Of a DNA stretch of 64,000 nt, positions 27,351 through 39,957 are shown piece after piece. A model generated the notes under the pieces. The model did not search any database. It saw only the letters and a program-made list of their open reading frames with translations, and had not been told where the DNA came from. Position 1 is the first letter of the stretch. Each line of letters begins with the position of its first letter. Source of the DNA: Octopus vulgaris (lineage: Eukaryota); NCBI GenBank assembly GCA_951406725.2, contig OX597817.1:139128001-139192000 (forward strand), in the 5' to 3' direction. Made by a program: the position numbers and the translations under genes.

Positions 27351-27890
27351 TGTAGTGACGTTATACAACAGTGCGCGCGCGCAACGTCATTTTCAGTGTG
27401 CAGGTGCGGAACGTCCTTCTTCAGTGTGCGTGTGCGGGGTTGGAGCCTTCTGGAAAGGCAGAAGGGAAGTGCCCTCTCGGACATGCGCGAAGACTGAAGA
27501 AGGAATTGCTGATGTGGCATTAGCTGATAGGCGAGGGACAGCGTTCCCTTAACAAGGACACGGATAGTAGGAGAACGCCTTCATACGAGATTGTAGCAGA
27601 CCTATTTTCTCCGCTGTCTCTGGACGCTAAGATTTGACCTGCTCTGTTTTGCTGCTGAACTTGTTGTAAGATTCTTACAAGTGTTAAAGTTCAGCCTTGC
27701 CACACCAGAACCAAGTGGATACCAATATACCACCTTACTTCTTTCTGTGGATAAGAAAATAAAGAATATATATATTTTTAAGGTTGCGTTCGTGTTCCTT
27801 GACTGGTGGATTCTGGAAATTAAAGAACGGAAATTGTGTTGCACCTGAGTTGCACCCCAAAAGTGTAAGAAGCAACGAGTTCCCGTTACA
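27351..27890 (+). mobile_element. Second solo LTR (540 bp), unrelated to the first
   Basis: TGTAG...TTACA termini; exact 4-bp TSD CATA (27347-27350 / 27891-27894); CpG-rich 5' half; AATAAA at ~27758. Confidence 0.8.
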
Positions 27891-27964
27891 CATACATTTA
27901 AATATGATATAGACATCATGTGTTTCTCTCTCTCTCTCTCTCTCTACATATATATATATATATC

Positions 27965-28172
27965 AGTCGGCATGATAGATCGGTAGCCACTACACACATT
28001 TTTCTCTCCTTGTTTTTTTTTTTTTTTTTCTGTGTCCCTTTCTGTAGAAGAGCGTAGGCTCAAAACATAAGACTTTTTCTATTCCTGAGCGTTATACTAA
28101 TACATCCGTTTGTTTTGTACACCACCTGTCTTCGTCTTTTGTTTTTTTGTTTTTTTTTTGTAAACTCTCCCT
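27965..28172 (+). mobile_element. Short repeat (~200 bp) carrying a degenerate hammerhead-like motif; paralogue of 44162-44359
   Basis: CTGTAGA-A-GAGC-GTAG-GCTC-AAAAC-ATA; flanks are homologous to the 44 kb copy. Confidence 0.65.
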
Positions 28173-28934
28173 ATATATATATGTGAATGTATGTATGTGT
28201 ATACATACATGATGGGCTTCTTTCAATTTCTATCCACTAAATCCACTCACAAGGCTTTAGTTGGCCCAGGACTATAGCAGAAGGTTCTTATCCAAGGTGC
28301 CATGGAGTGGGACAGAACCTGGAACCATATGCTTACAAAGCTTCTCAACCACACACTCACAAAGAAGAAAAAGTGAGAGAGATAGAGAGAGAGACAGGCA
28401 GACCGACAGACAGCAAAATGATGCATTATTTGTGTTTACAAGAATTTTTTTCCCTTCTTTTTCAGATTGCTGTGCCTTTGATTCCATAAGTTGTCCAGTT
28501 GTGAAACAATTGACTGAACACTTTTACAGAATTTACCAAACTGAACACCAGTTCTATTATTTATGCTTCTACAACTCCTTCAATGCCATTAGTTATGCAT
28601 GTAAGTGTGGCAACCCAATAAGTAAGTCATCGTTTATATATCATCACCATTATAATTTTCACTTCCACTTCCCAGGCGGGTATGGGTTAGGTGGCTTGTC
28701 CCAGACCAGGTCAGTTGTTATTCAGAGTTAGTGCCCCCCCCCACCCAGTTGCACCAACAAACCATGCCTCACATGTATGTCTTATTTTCACATGGTTTCT
28801 ATGGCTGGATGCCCTTCCCAACATCATCCACTACACAGAGTCTGTTGCATGCTTCTTTCGTGGGCAACAAGATTTGAAAGGTTTATCAAAATTAAAGTCT
28901 TCTCAACCTCAGGATATTTCTACTCCTTTGGCAT

Positions 28935-29860
28935 TCATCATCATCATTATCGTTTAACATCCGCTTTCCATGCTAGCATGGGTTGGACGATTTGACTGAG
29001 GACTGGCAAACCAGATGGCTGCACCAGGCTCCAATCTGTTCTGGCAGAGTTTCTACAGCTGGATGCCAACCACTCTGAGAGTGTAGTGGGTGCTTTTACG
29101 TGCCACCAGCACGAGGGCCAGTCAGGCGGTACTGGCAATGGCCATGCTCAAATGGTGTTTTCTACATGCCACCTGCACAGGAGCCAGTCCAGTGGCACTG
29201 GCAACAACCTTGCTCGAATGTTTGTTTCACATGCCACCAGCACAAGTGCCAGTGAGGCAACGCTGGTAACAATCACACTCGAATGGTGCTTTTTACATGC
29301 CGCTGGCACAGATGCTAGTCAGCTGCTCTGGCAATGGTCACGCTCAGATGGTGCTCTTAGTGCTCCACTAGCATGGATGCCAGTCATCAAATTTGATTTC
29401 GATTTCACTTGCCTCAACAGGTCTTCGCAAGCAGAGTTTAGTGTCCAAGGAAGGAAAGGTGTGCATAAGTGGGCTGGTTACACCCCTGGCATAGGCCACA
29501 GGTTATGGTCTCATTTGGCTTGCCGGGTCTTCTCAAGCACAGCATATTTCCAAAGGTGTCGGTCACTAGTCATTACCTCGGTGAGGCCTAATGCTCAAAG
29601 GTTGTGCTTCACCATCTCATCCCATGTTATCCTGGGGTCTACCTCTTCTACAGGTTCCCTCAACCGCTAGGGTGTGGACACTTTTTCACACAGCTATCCT
29701 CATCCATTCCCACCACATGACCATACCAGTGCAGTTGTCTCTCTTGCTCACCACATCTGATGCTTCTTAGATCCAACTTTTCTCTCAAGGTACTTACACT
29801 CTGTCATACATGCACACTGACATTACACATCAATTGGATTATACTGGCTTCATTCCTTAA
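28935..29860 (-). mobile_element. RTE-clade LINE 3' end with tandemly repeated 3'UTR and (GAT)n tail
   Basis: Minus-strand EKL...RRLHWYGHV...EDSCVKKC; UTR with repeated tttacgtgccaccggcac-like units; many other copies (34261-35060, 35570-35910, 37648-38195, 48290-48750, 50030-50460, 54190-54620, 57485-57970). Confidence 0.8.
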
Positions 29861-30459
29861 GAATGTACTGGTGGTATTTTATCCTAGCAGTACTGATGTT
29901 GCTTTGTACCCTACAAGACAAAAGGGTTTCCTCGCTGCTCTACATTATCTCTCGATGTTTAGGATATCATGACCAATGGTGAGGTTGGGAGCAGGAAGGC
30001 AATTGTTGAAAGGAAAGTGTCCCTATAGCCATGCCTTCCCCTAAGAAGCTATGTCTATATCTTGTACTAACACTAATTTAATGTTGATAGGATTTGTGGG
30101 TAGTATTCCAAAACCAATCTATCACTGGTTTCTGATTTCTGCAAGAGTTAAAGGTCCTTTTTGCTAAAGGCTTGGATTATAAAACAACCATTCTTTCCAA
30201 AGGGATATTTCATTGAAAGTTGCTTAAAAACCTTTGATTGTCATATTGAAGAACTGATGCGAAATGTTCTGTATTGATTTATGTTATATTTTAGTTTTCT
30301 GTTCTTCTTTGAGAGTTACAAGAAATCATCTTTAGCCAATCTTCTGTTCTCTTCCTTTTTTTCTCTGTTGACTTTGAGATAAACAACATCAGTTCCATAG
30401 ATTTATATCCCCTTGAATCTAACAAAGACAACTTATTCGCCATCTTTATTCTTCAACAG

Positions 30460-30643
30460 ACAAAATATGTGGGATCAGAAGAGAAAGTCCAAATTTCTCA
30501 TCCAACATTATAGCGTACATAATTGGAGGAAGAGAAGCAAAAGACTGTGAATTTCCATGGATGGCTTTTATCAAAAGTAGGAATCAAATATGTGGAGGAT
30601 CTTTAATTGATAACCGGCATATAATTACAGCTGCCCATTGTGT
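30460..30643 (+). CDS. S1A trypsin-like serine protease, exon with activation site and catalytic His
   Basis: cag| ... KICGIRRESPNFSSNIIAY-IIGGREAKDCEFPWMAFIKSRNQICGGSLIDNRHIITAAHC|gtaagt; phase 1 in, phase 2 out. Confidence 0.97.
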
Positions 30644-30699
30644 GTAAGTAAATTAAATTACTTTATGTGTGTGTTTGTGTGTGTGTGCATATGTTTTTT

Positions 30700-30840
30700 A
30701 TTAATAATCAGCAGAAGTTACAGAGTGGCACCCAAGAGCCAAGAGTTTTGTGCATTGGCACTTAGCAAAATGGTAAATGCCAATGCACAAAACTATTGGT
30801 TCTTGAGCCACTCTGTAACTTCTACTGATTATTATTAATA
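30700..30840. repeat. Near-perfect inverted repeat (hairpin, ~65-bp arms)
   Basis: taataatcagcagaagttacagagtggc...gttttgtgcattggca / tgccaatgcacaaaac...gccactctgtaacttctactgattatta. Confidence 0.9.
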
Positions 30841-30903
30841 ATAATTTACGCTTATATATTTGTTTGGCAAGATTTTTGATTTGAAATTGTATGTCAAAAC
30901 AGA

Positions 30904-31056
30904 TGTTGTATTTAGGAATGGTCATTTTGCCAGTTTAGCCAATAAAAATAAGATTAATGTAAAAAATAAATAACGCTGAAGCAAAGTAACACCAAATATA
31001 TAGTGCATGTGTTTTTATTGGCTAAACTGGCAAAATGACCATTCCTTAATACAACA
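30904..31056. repeat. Inverted repeat (45-bp arms)
   Basis: tgttgtatttaggaatggtcattttgccagtttagccaataaaaa (30904-30948) vs its near-exact reverse complement at 31012-31056. Confidence 0.9.
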
Positions 31057-31622
31057 ACAATAATAATAATAATAATAAATACATATGCTCTTGTTTTGAA
31101 TTCTACTTTTCGGTTTACATCACCATACCTATGCACACACACACACGTGTGAGCACACCTGTGTAAAACAATAATACTCTTGAAGCTGGAAAGACTTTGC
31201 AAAAAATGTTACTCAGAGTTTCACAGAATCCACCAGCCGACAGTTTTGAGCATTTAGAACAATGCAGTAGTTTATAAGTATTCAGGAGGCTTTTCTACTC
31301 TAGGCACAAGGCCCGAAATTTTGGTGGAGGGGGCAGTCAATTAGATCAACCCCAGTACTTGACTGGTACTTAATTTATTGACCCTGAAAAGATGAAAGGC
31401 AAAGTTGACCTCGGTGGAATTTGAACTCAGAATGTAACAGGAGACGAAATACTGCTAAGCATTTTACCCAGTGTGCTAACGATTCTGCCAGCTCATTGCC
31501 TTATAAGTATTCATGATTACCAACCCATTGAATGAACCCTAAAAGCTGATTGAGCAGTCACTTCCCAAAATAATTAAAATAGATTAACTTCATTTAGAAA
31601 ATAAATAACTTAAGCTCTAGAA

Positions 31623-31787
31623 CTGTAGGTCCCAACCTTTTCACTACCAAGGATCCCTTTTATTTAAATGAGTTTTCCCACGGACCCCAGGATATTGAAA
31701 GGTCTGTCAGCTTAACATGCTCATGGACCCTCAGTACTACCTTTGCAGACCACCAGGGGTTCATGGACCACAGGTTGGGAACCACTG
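31623..31787. mobile_element. hAT (Charlie-like) MITE
   Basis: Termini ctgtaggtcccaacct ... aggttgggaaccactg resemble CAGTGGTTCCCAACC TIRs; TSD not recognisable. Confidence 0.6.
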
Positions 31788-31840
31788 TTTCGTAGGATAT
31801 GAATTTGTTTGTGTACATGAATAATAATAATGATGATGAT

Positions 31841-31874
<34 letters not shown>

Positions 31875-31877
<3 letters not shown>

Positions 31878-34260
31878 GTACCAAATTCAAAAAAAAAATC
31901 AAACTGGAGGAGTAGAATTGAAACTGAAATTGAATCATTGCGAAGGGAGATATCAATATTAACTGAGCTAATCTCTGGAAATGATGTAAGATCAAGAAAA
32001 GGCAGGAAGATTATAAGAAAATATGGACGCTCAACAAGAGAAGAACTAATGTCAGTGAAAGAAACACTTAAACAAAAAGTTCAAGCAAAAGCTCACAGAA
32101 TACGCAGGTTTGAGAAAAGAATCAAATGCTACAAGCAAAATAAGATGTTCAAATCCAATGCCAAATCATTTTACAGGGAAATAGGGAAAGAAAAAAATAA
32201 CCATTGAGAATCCAGCCGTAATGGAAGAAGTTGAAAACTTTTGGAAAGAGATCTGGAGTGATGAGAAAACATACAATGAAAATGCAGAGTTGATCAAACG
32301 CACCCAAGATGCCTACAAAAAATCTACAAGGACAGGTATGGGAAGACATCTCAATCGCCAACCTAAGGAGGGCACTAACGAAGGCTCATAAGTGGAAATC
32401 CCCTGGTATTGATAGAGTACCAAATTTCTGGCTCTCATCACTCTCGTCCGCACACAAAATGTTAGTAATACTATTTAATAGTATTATGAAAGACCCGAAA
32501 AAAACACAACATTGGATGGCAAATGGTATTACTTACCTCCTCCCCAAAAATAACAAAACGAAAGACCCAAAAAACTATCGGCCTATAACATGTTTATCTA
32601 CTACCTATAAGATCTTGACATCTATTCTAGTGGAGAAAACATACGTTTATGGAAGAGAATAACCTCTTTCCCACTAAACAAAAAGGATGCAGATGAGGCT
32701 CATACGGATGCAAAGATCAGCTCCTAATTCATCGCATGATCCTTGAGAACTGCCATGACAAGCGCAGAAATCTCAGCTCTTCATGGATTGATTATAAAAA
32801 AAGCCTTTGACAGCATACCGTATTCGTGGATTCTGAAATCGTTGGATATTTTCAAAATTTCTCCTGTGATATCAGATTTTTTAAAGTATAATATGTCATT
32901 ATGGAACACAAAGCTCCAATTATATCATTCTAATGGAGTATTGCACTCAAACAATATTAGCATAAACTGTGGCATTTTCACCACTAATTTTCTGCATAGC
33001 ACTAATACCACTCTCAAGTGAACTGAATAGAACAGGGTATGGCTACAAAATTGACAACAGTAAAATAAGCCATCTATTTTATATGGATGATTTAAAGCTA
33101 TATGGCAAAACTGATGAAGAGCTTAAAGAACTACTACATACTGTGAAAGGATTCAGTGATGATATCAGGATGGAGTTTGGCCTTGAAAAGTGTGCCAAAG
33201 TCACTTTTAAGAAAGGGAAATTGGTAAAGTCAAGTTCAATCAAATTAGATGTTGAAACAGTAATAAAGGAACTTGAGCAGGAACAAACCTATAAATACCT
33301 AAGAATAAATGAAAGCTCTGGTATCCAGCATGCAAGCATGAAAGAGAAGGTTAGGAAGGAATGTTATAGAAGAGTTCGAGCAGTCCTGAAGTCTGAGCTG
33401 AATGCATATAATAAGGTGTTAGCCATAAATTCCTTAGCAGTCCCAGTTGTTCTTTATGTGCTTAACAAGTGAAATAATGAAAATTGACAGAAAAATCCGC
33501 AAGCTAGTGACTTGTAATAAGATGCACCATCCAAAGGCAGATGTGGATTGTCTTTACCTTCCCAGAGCTCAGGGAGGTCGAGGTTTGATCCAGCTTGAAC
33601 TTACATACAAAACCACCACAAACAGACTGGCCAAATACCTTGAAGCAACCAACGATTGGATGCTAAAACTTGTTGAAAAACATGAAAGACCAAAAAAACT
33701 TCACTCTATTCTCAAAGAGAGCAAAAATTTTGCTACTGATCTCTTAGATACCTACCAGATTGATCAGGTTGAAGGAAATGCGCCAACTGATGCTGCAAAG
33801 AAAATAAAAGTAATTGCAAAGACAAAAGCACATGAAAAATTAGCTAGCAGATGGAACAGAAACCTCTGCATGGCAAATATGTGGCCCGTAGCAAACAAGC
33901 AGATGTCGACCAGAAACACATGCACCAATGGTTACAAAGCTCAGGGCTAAAAGCGGAAAGTGAAGCTTATTAACCCGGAACTACCAAGCCAATGTGATGA
34001 AAAATGGAGCTGACCCAAAATGCCGATTCTGTAACAATGAGATTGAAACTATTGACCACCTAATCTCAGGGTGTAGAGTCTTAGCACCTGTAGAATATAA
34101 AGCAAGACATGACAGAGTCGGCCAGTATTTACACTGGACAATATGTTGGCATTATAAAATCAAAACCGCTGACAAATGGTATAAACACCATCCTGAAGCT
34201 GTGACTGAGGGAGAAAATGTGTCGATTCTATGGGACTTCTCTGTACATACCGACAAAACT
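31875..34260 (+). mobile_element. R4/Dong-like RLE non-LTR retrotransposon, 5'-truncated and frameshifted
   Basis: Starts directly after (TAA)n; WKSPGIDRVPNFW, NYRPITCL, HLFYMDDLKLY, FGLEKC, CRFC..ETIDHLISGC, RHD, ILWDF; 3' end replaced by an RTE fragment. Confidence 0.92.
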
Positions 34261-36933
34261 GGCATTGACAATGCTCAAATGGTGCTTTTTATGTGCCACT
34301 GGTATGAGTGCCAATCAAGCGGTAGTCATCAGCCATGACAATGATTTCACTTGTTTCAACAGGTCTTCACAAGCGCAGTTTATTACCCAATGATTGAAGG
34401 GTACTCTTAAATGGGCTGGTTATGCTCACTGGCACAGGACACGGTTACAGTCTCACTTGGCTTGTCGGGTCTTTTCAAGCACAGCATATCTCCAAAGGTC
34501 TCGGTCACTTGTCATCGTCTTGGTGAGGCCCAATGTTCAAAAGTCATGTTTCACCACTTCACCCCAGGTTTTCTTGGGTCTACCTCTTCCACAGGTTCCC
34601 TCCACTGTTAGGGTGTGACACTTTTTCACACAGCTGTCTTCATCCAAACACAACACCTGACCATACCAGTATTGTCATCTCTCTTGCACACCACATCTGA
34701 TGCCTCTTAAGTCCAACTTTTCTCTCAGGGCACTTACAGTCTGTCTTTTATGCACACTGACATTACACACCCAGTGCAGCATACTGGCTTCATTCCTTGT
34801 GAGATTACGCATGTCCTCAGCAGTCACAGCCCATGTTTCACTGCCATGTAGCATGGCTGTTCACACACATGCATCATACAGTCTACCTTTTACTCTGAGC
34901 GAGAGGCTCTTTGTCACCAGCAGATGTAGGGGCTCTCTGAACTTTGCCCAGGCTATTCTTATTCTAGCAGCTACACTCTCAGAGTGTCAACCCCCACCAC
35001 TGACTTGGTCACCTAGGTAACGGAAGCTATCAACTACTTCTAGTTTTTCTCTCTAGAAGCTGTTTTCTGCACATTTTCAGTGTTTATTGCCCCTGTGCAT
35101 TTGCCACATACAAAAACTATCTTCCCAGTTATTTATTCCCATTGTTTAGAACTAATCATGCATTATCTTGTAGCTCCAAGATTTCAAGTGTGTATTTGTA
35201 TATTTTTAGAATGCCATTGTAGGGTAGGTGGGAGATGTTGGATCTGGTCAGTTTTCTCATAAAATAAGTAGAATATTTTGGCCAGATATGGCCGGATTAA
35301 ATGCTAAAGGATTAAACATGCTGGAGTTTAATGTCCTGTTGTTGAGTACTTGATTACCATGGATTTATTCTTTGGTATTTATGCATCAATTGTGTGTGTG
35401 TATGCAATTGAGAAAGAAAACTGCACTGCATTCAGTTTTCTTTGACAATTGTCTAAGTCGAAATTCTTGAATGTTTCCCACTGTCTTCATTTCTTCAACT
35501 GTCTTCTCTTGATTTTAAAGATATAGGTTGAGGAATTCAAAAGGAATATATTTTGAAGTCTTACCTATGCCGGTGGCATGTAAGAGAACCATCCGTTCAT
35601 GACCGTTGCCAGCACCGCCCCGACTGGGCTCGTGCCGGTGGCACGTAAAAAGCACCATCCGTTCGTGTCCGTTGCCAGTCTCGCCTCGCCCCCATGCCGG
35701 TGGCACATAAAAAGCACCATCCGTTCGTGGCCGTTTGCCAGCTCTGTCTGGCACCTGTGCGGGTGGCACGTAAAAAGCACCCACTACACTCACGGAGTGG
35801 TTGGCGTTAGGATCTGACTAGGCCTGATGAAGCCTTCCAGCTTCACAGACCCCAGTTGAACCGTCCAACCCATGCTAGCATGGAAAACGGACGCTAAACG
35901 ATGATGATGATAGCTTTAAAGAACATGTTTTTCTTTTTTTTTTTTTCTTTTAATGTAAAACCTACATGCTAGTCTGACGGATATTTTCTAAAACACCTTA
36001 GCAACCAGTTTGAAATCATTTTGAAGGACTTAGCAGTGCAATTGATGAAGATGTACCTGAGATGTGATGATTAATAAAATGACTTCCAAGCTTCCATCCA
36101 ATACTTGTAAATCACAGCTGATTAAGTAGATCTATGACCATTCAGTATTATTTTCTGGGACTATATCACCAACTCTGTGGTTCCTTTATTTTTAGATGAC
36201 AGAAAGCTGTTATTTCTAGCAAGTTGAATGACTACATAGGTTCTTCACCAGCTCATGAATTGCTAGTTTATAGATTTGGGTTGTACAGCTGTTATTACAG
36301 GTAATAGTTTTAACAGTTGTTATTACCTGTGGGCGTGAAGCCTGCTGACTCCACCCACCAACTTTTTCTTCAGAAAAGATGATCAAATAGTTTTCCTCTT
36401 CTACAAGATGGCTTTGACAAAAACAAATAGCCGAGTACACACTCCATCCAAATTATTTTTTGCCTTTCATTTCTTCATGGTTAGTAAAATAAAGTACAAT
36501 AACAGTCAAGTACCAATAGAATAAAGTACTAGGGTTGATTTCATCAACTCGGGGTCTCCCACCAAATTTCAGATTTGTACCTGTACTAGAAACAAACATT
36601 ATTAATAAACGGGAAAACATTCATTATCAAATATGAGAAATAATTGGTGGAGCAACTGAATCATTAGAATGCCAAACAAAATGGTCTATACTACTTGTTC
36701 TGAATCTTTACAATCCGAGTTCAAATCCTGCCATGGTCAACTTCACCTTTCCTCCTTTTAAAGGTTCATAAAATAAAGTTCCAATCAAGTGTTGGGGTCA
36801 ATGGTATAAATTAAATCCCTTCCTTCATAATCGTCAATGTTGAACCTAAGTTAGAAAAGAAAAAAATCCAAATAAATGCTGCTAAGAATTTTGTCTGCTG
36901 TGGAAGGGATTCTGTCAGTTTGACAAATTCTTC

Positions 36934-36966
<33 letters not shown>

Positions 36967-37247
36967 TATTTTGACTAAAGGCACGAGGCCAGAAATGTTG
37001 AGGGAGGAGGCTATCCAATTAAACTGGTCCCAGTGCTCAACTGGTACTTATTTTATTGACCTTGAGAAGAAAGGTGGAGTCAGCCTTCATAGAATTTGAA
37101 CTCAGAACATAGAGACCAAAAGAATGGCACTAAATATTTTGTCCAGCATACCAATGGTTCTGCCACTTCACAGAATATATAAAAATATTTTAATAAAATT
37201 TTAATAATAAAATATTATTAGTAAACTTATTTGCCATTATGTCTCAG

Positions 37248-37372
37248 AGAGAACAGACAACCAGGTGAAATATTTGTGTCACTGGGAACAAACGACAAAG
37301 AGTTTATAAGAAGGGTCTATGTATCAGCAGTGAAAATCAACCCCTCCTATAAGGACCGCCAGTATCATATAG
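37248..37372 (+). CDS. Serine protease exon
   Basis: ctcag| ENRQPGEIFVSLGTNDKEFIRRVYVSAVKINPSYKDRQYHI |gtaagt; phase 2 in, phase 1 out; matches the V.LG and I.HP.Y-like S1A motifs. Confidence 0.93.
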
Positions 37373-38325
37373 GTAAGTTATTTTGTTACAGTTCTCTTTT
37401 TATAATCTCTACCCTTGTGTCTCAGAAGGTTCTAGAAGTGTAAATACTTGGCTATAGTGTTATTAAATGTAAAGTGCAAATATGGGTGTGTGGTAACAAA
37501 GTTTGCTCCTCAGTCACACAGTTTAGGGTCTAGCCATACTGCAAAACACCCTGGGAAAGTGTCTTCTATTGCTCCAGTTATACCAAAGCCTTGTAGATGG
37601 AAACTGAAAAAAACAAACCTGCCATATATATATATATATATATATATATCATCATCGTTTAATGTCTGCTTTCCATGCTGGCATGGGTTGGACGGTTCGA
37701 CTGGGGTCTGGGAAGCCAGGAGGCTGCACCAGGCCCAGTCTGATCTGGCAGTGTTTCTACGGCTGGATGCCCTTCCTAACGCCAACCACTCCATGAGTGT
37801 AGTGGGTGCTTTTTACGTGCCTCCAGCACAGGTGCCAGGCGAGGCTGGCAACAGCCACAATCGGTTGGTGCTTTTTATGTGCCACCGGCACTAGTATCAC
37901 AACTGCAATTTCCATTGATTTTTTATCGATTTCGATTTCTTTATATATATATGCACGTAAAAAGCACCAGTCGAGCGTGGTTGATGCCAGTGCAGCCTGA
38001 CTGATCCCCATGCCAGTGGCACATAAAAAGCAACCACTACACTCTCAGAGTGGTTGGCATTAGAAAGAGCATCCAGCTGTAGAAACTTTGCCAGATCAGA
38101 TTGGAGCCTGGTGCAGTTTCCTGGCTTTCCAGTCCTCAATCAATCCGTCCAACCCATGCCAGCATGGAAAGTGGACGTTAAACGATGATGATGACATACA
38201 CACTCATAAATTGCACAGTAACATAACAGACTACACTTTAGAACATTTCATGGCAAGTTTAAAACACCTGTTCATTATGTTACAGCACAATTATACGTAT
38301 GTGTGTGTGTGTATGTGTGTGTATT

Positions 38326-38619
38326 AATCAAAGGGCATACTGAGTATGTGTACATGCTGGAAATAACAGTCAAAACTCTTATTCAAACTGCTGAAAAAAT
38401 AACACTGATAATAACTACAGAAATCAACTGTCCAAAGACAAACGGGTCAAGAAAATCATTCAACATACCTGTATAGCATCCAGCTAATATATTTTCTAGA
38501 AAATATAAAGCGAATGGTTGATTTCTGTAGTTATTATCAGTGTTATTTTTTCAGCAGTTTAAATATGAGTTTTGACTGTTATTTCCAGCAGGTAAACATA
38601 CTCAGTATGTTCTTTGATT
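38326..38619. repeat. Long inverted repeat (~103-bp arms, 88-bp spacer)
   Basis: 38326-38428 is the near-perfect reverse complement of 38517-38619. Confidence 0.92.
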
Positions 38620-38899
38620 GATATAAATTTTAATCCTTCAACTATTTAATGCTTTTTGGGCTTGCAATCGCCTATATTATTAATTCTGTTATAATCAATT
38701 TATTTATATTACCCTAGATAATAACAGAGTTAATAATATCTTCACAAATATTCACTCCTGAATTATTGGCTCATTATTGGAATTATATATGTGTGTTTAT
38801 GTAGAGAGAGACAGACAGAGAATGCAACATTGTGTGAATTTAGAAAATAATGTATAGTCCATCAAAGAAAACTGTATTTAAAAGCAAGTTATTTGTACC

Positions 38900-39340
38900 T
38901 ATTTTAAGAATCCTTTTATCACACCTTTTCAATGAATCCACTGTTAGCACCAACAGCTGTTTCAATAGTGTTGCAAGTGCTGACACACAATGATATCTTT
39001 ATCAATTTTGGACATAGTGATGGTTACACTGGACTTGAGCAGTTGTATGATGTTATGAGGTGGGCGGGGAGGTTGATTGACCTCCCTCTTAACTACATCC
39101 TGTACGTAATTGTCCAATGGCTTGAGGTCTAGTGAACCAGGAGGTGATAAGGTGGCAGTACAATGTTTGACATAATGAGGTGTTATCAAAATGTTCGTTA
39201 AGATGTTTCATAAAATAATTACTAATATGCTCCACTATATATTGCCAAGAACTTTTTGTTCCTGTGTGTGTGTAGGCACAATATATAATATACATAAGTT
39301 CTAAACCAGCTAAACTCAATCACTTTGGTAAAATAGTTCT
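38900..39340 (-). pseudogene. Tc1/mariner-superfamily transposase relic
   Basis: SPPGSLDLKPLDNYV resembles WPPxSPDLNPLDY; another relic (WPPVSPDLGP) lies on + near 48138-48170. Confidence 0.5.
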
Positions 39341-39957
39341 GGAATGACTAAATGTATCTCAGACAGCATCACTGTCATCATCTTCATTGTTCGACCGTGG
39401 TTGAGACAATGGAATTATGCCAGACTTCATGGTCCATCATAGCATTACGGAGGTCCTGTTGCTGAATGCCTGTATCCCTGGAGATTACATCAGGGTAGGA
39501 GAGTGTGCACCCTCTGGTATCACGAGCAGATGGCTACTCTTCTCCTCTGGAAGCCATCTGCTCGCATCAATGTAGTTAAGTGTGTATCAGTATGTGTTAA
39601 GGTGAACAAATGCGACAGGTATGTGATTGCCTTTGAAGTAAACAAATAAATGACATCGATTCATAGTTAAAATGATTTATTTACTGTACTTTCATTTGCC
39701 TTTGGTATACAATATTCTTCACTACATGTAATTGTTGACAACTGCTACGAGTTGCTAGTAATAGAAACAGGGCACATCTGTGGAGGTGGTATGTCAGAAC
39801 TGAATGTGCTTTGTGTGTGTCGTTCATCTGAGAAAGTAGTCTGTCATGAACCTTTCTATCTGCCAGTCTGTCATGAACCTTTCAGTCTGTCTGCGTCCTT
39901 GGCCTTTCTCTCTGTCTCTCTGTTGACCACGAATGTCTCAATTTATTTTGGTTTCAG

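Noticed and set aside
35824-35840. CTGATGA hits here and at ~33111, ~47816 and ~56154
   Set aside because: No correctly placed stem II plus GAAA; they lie inside LINE or other repeat sequence
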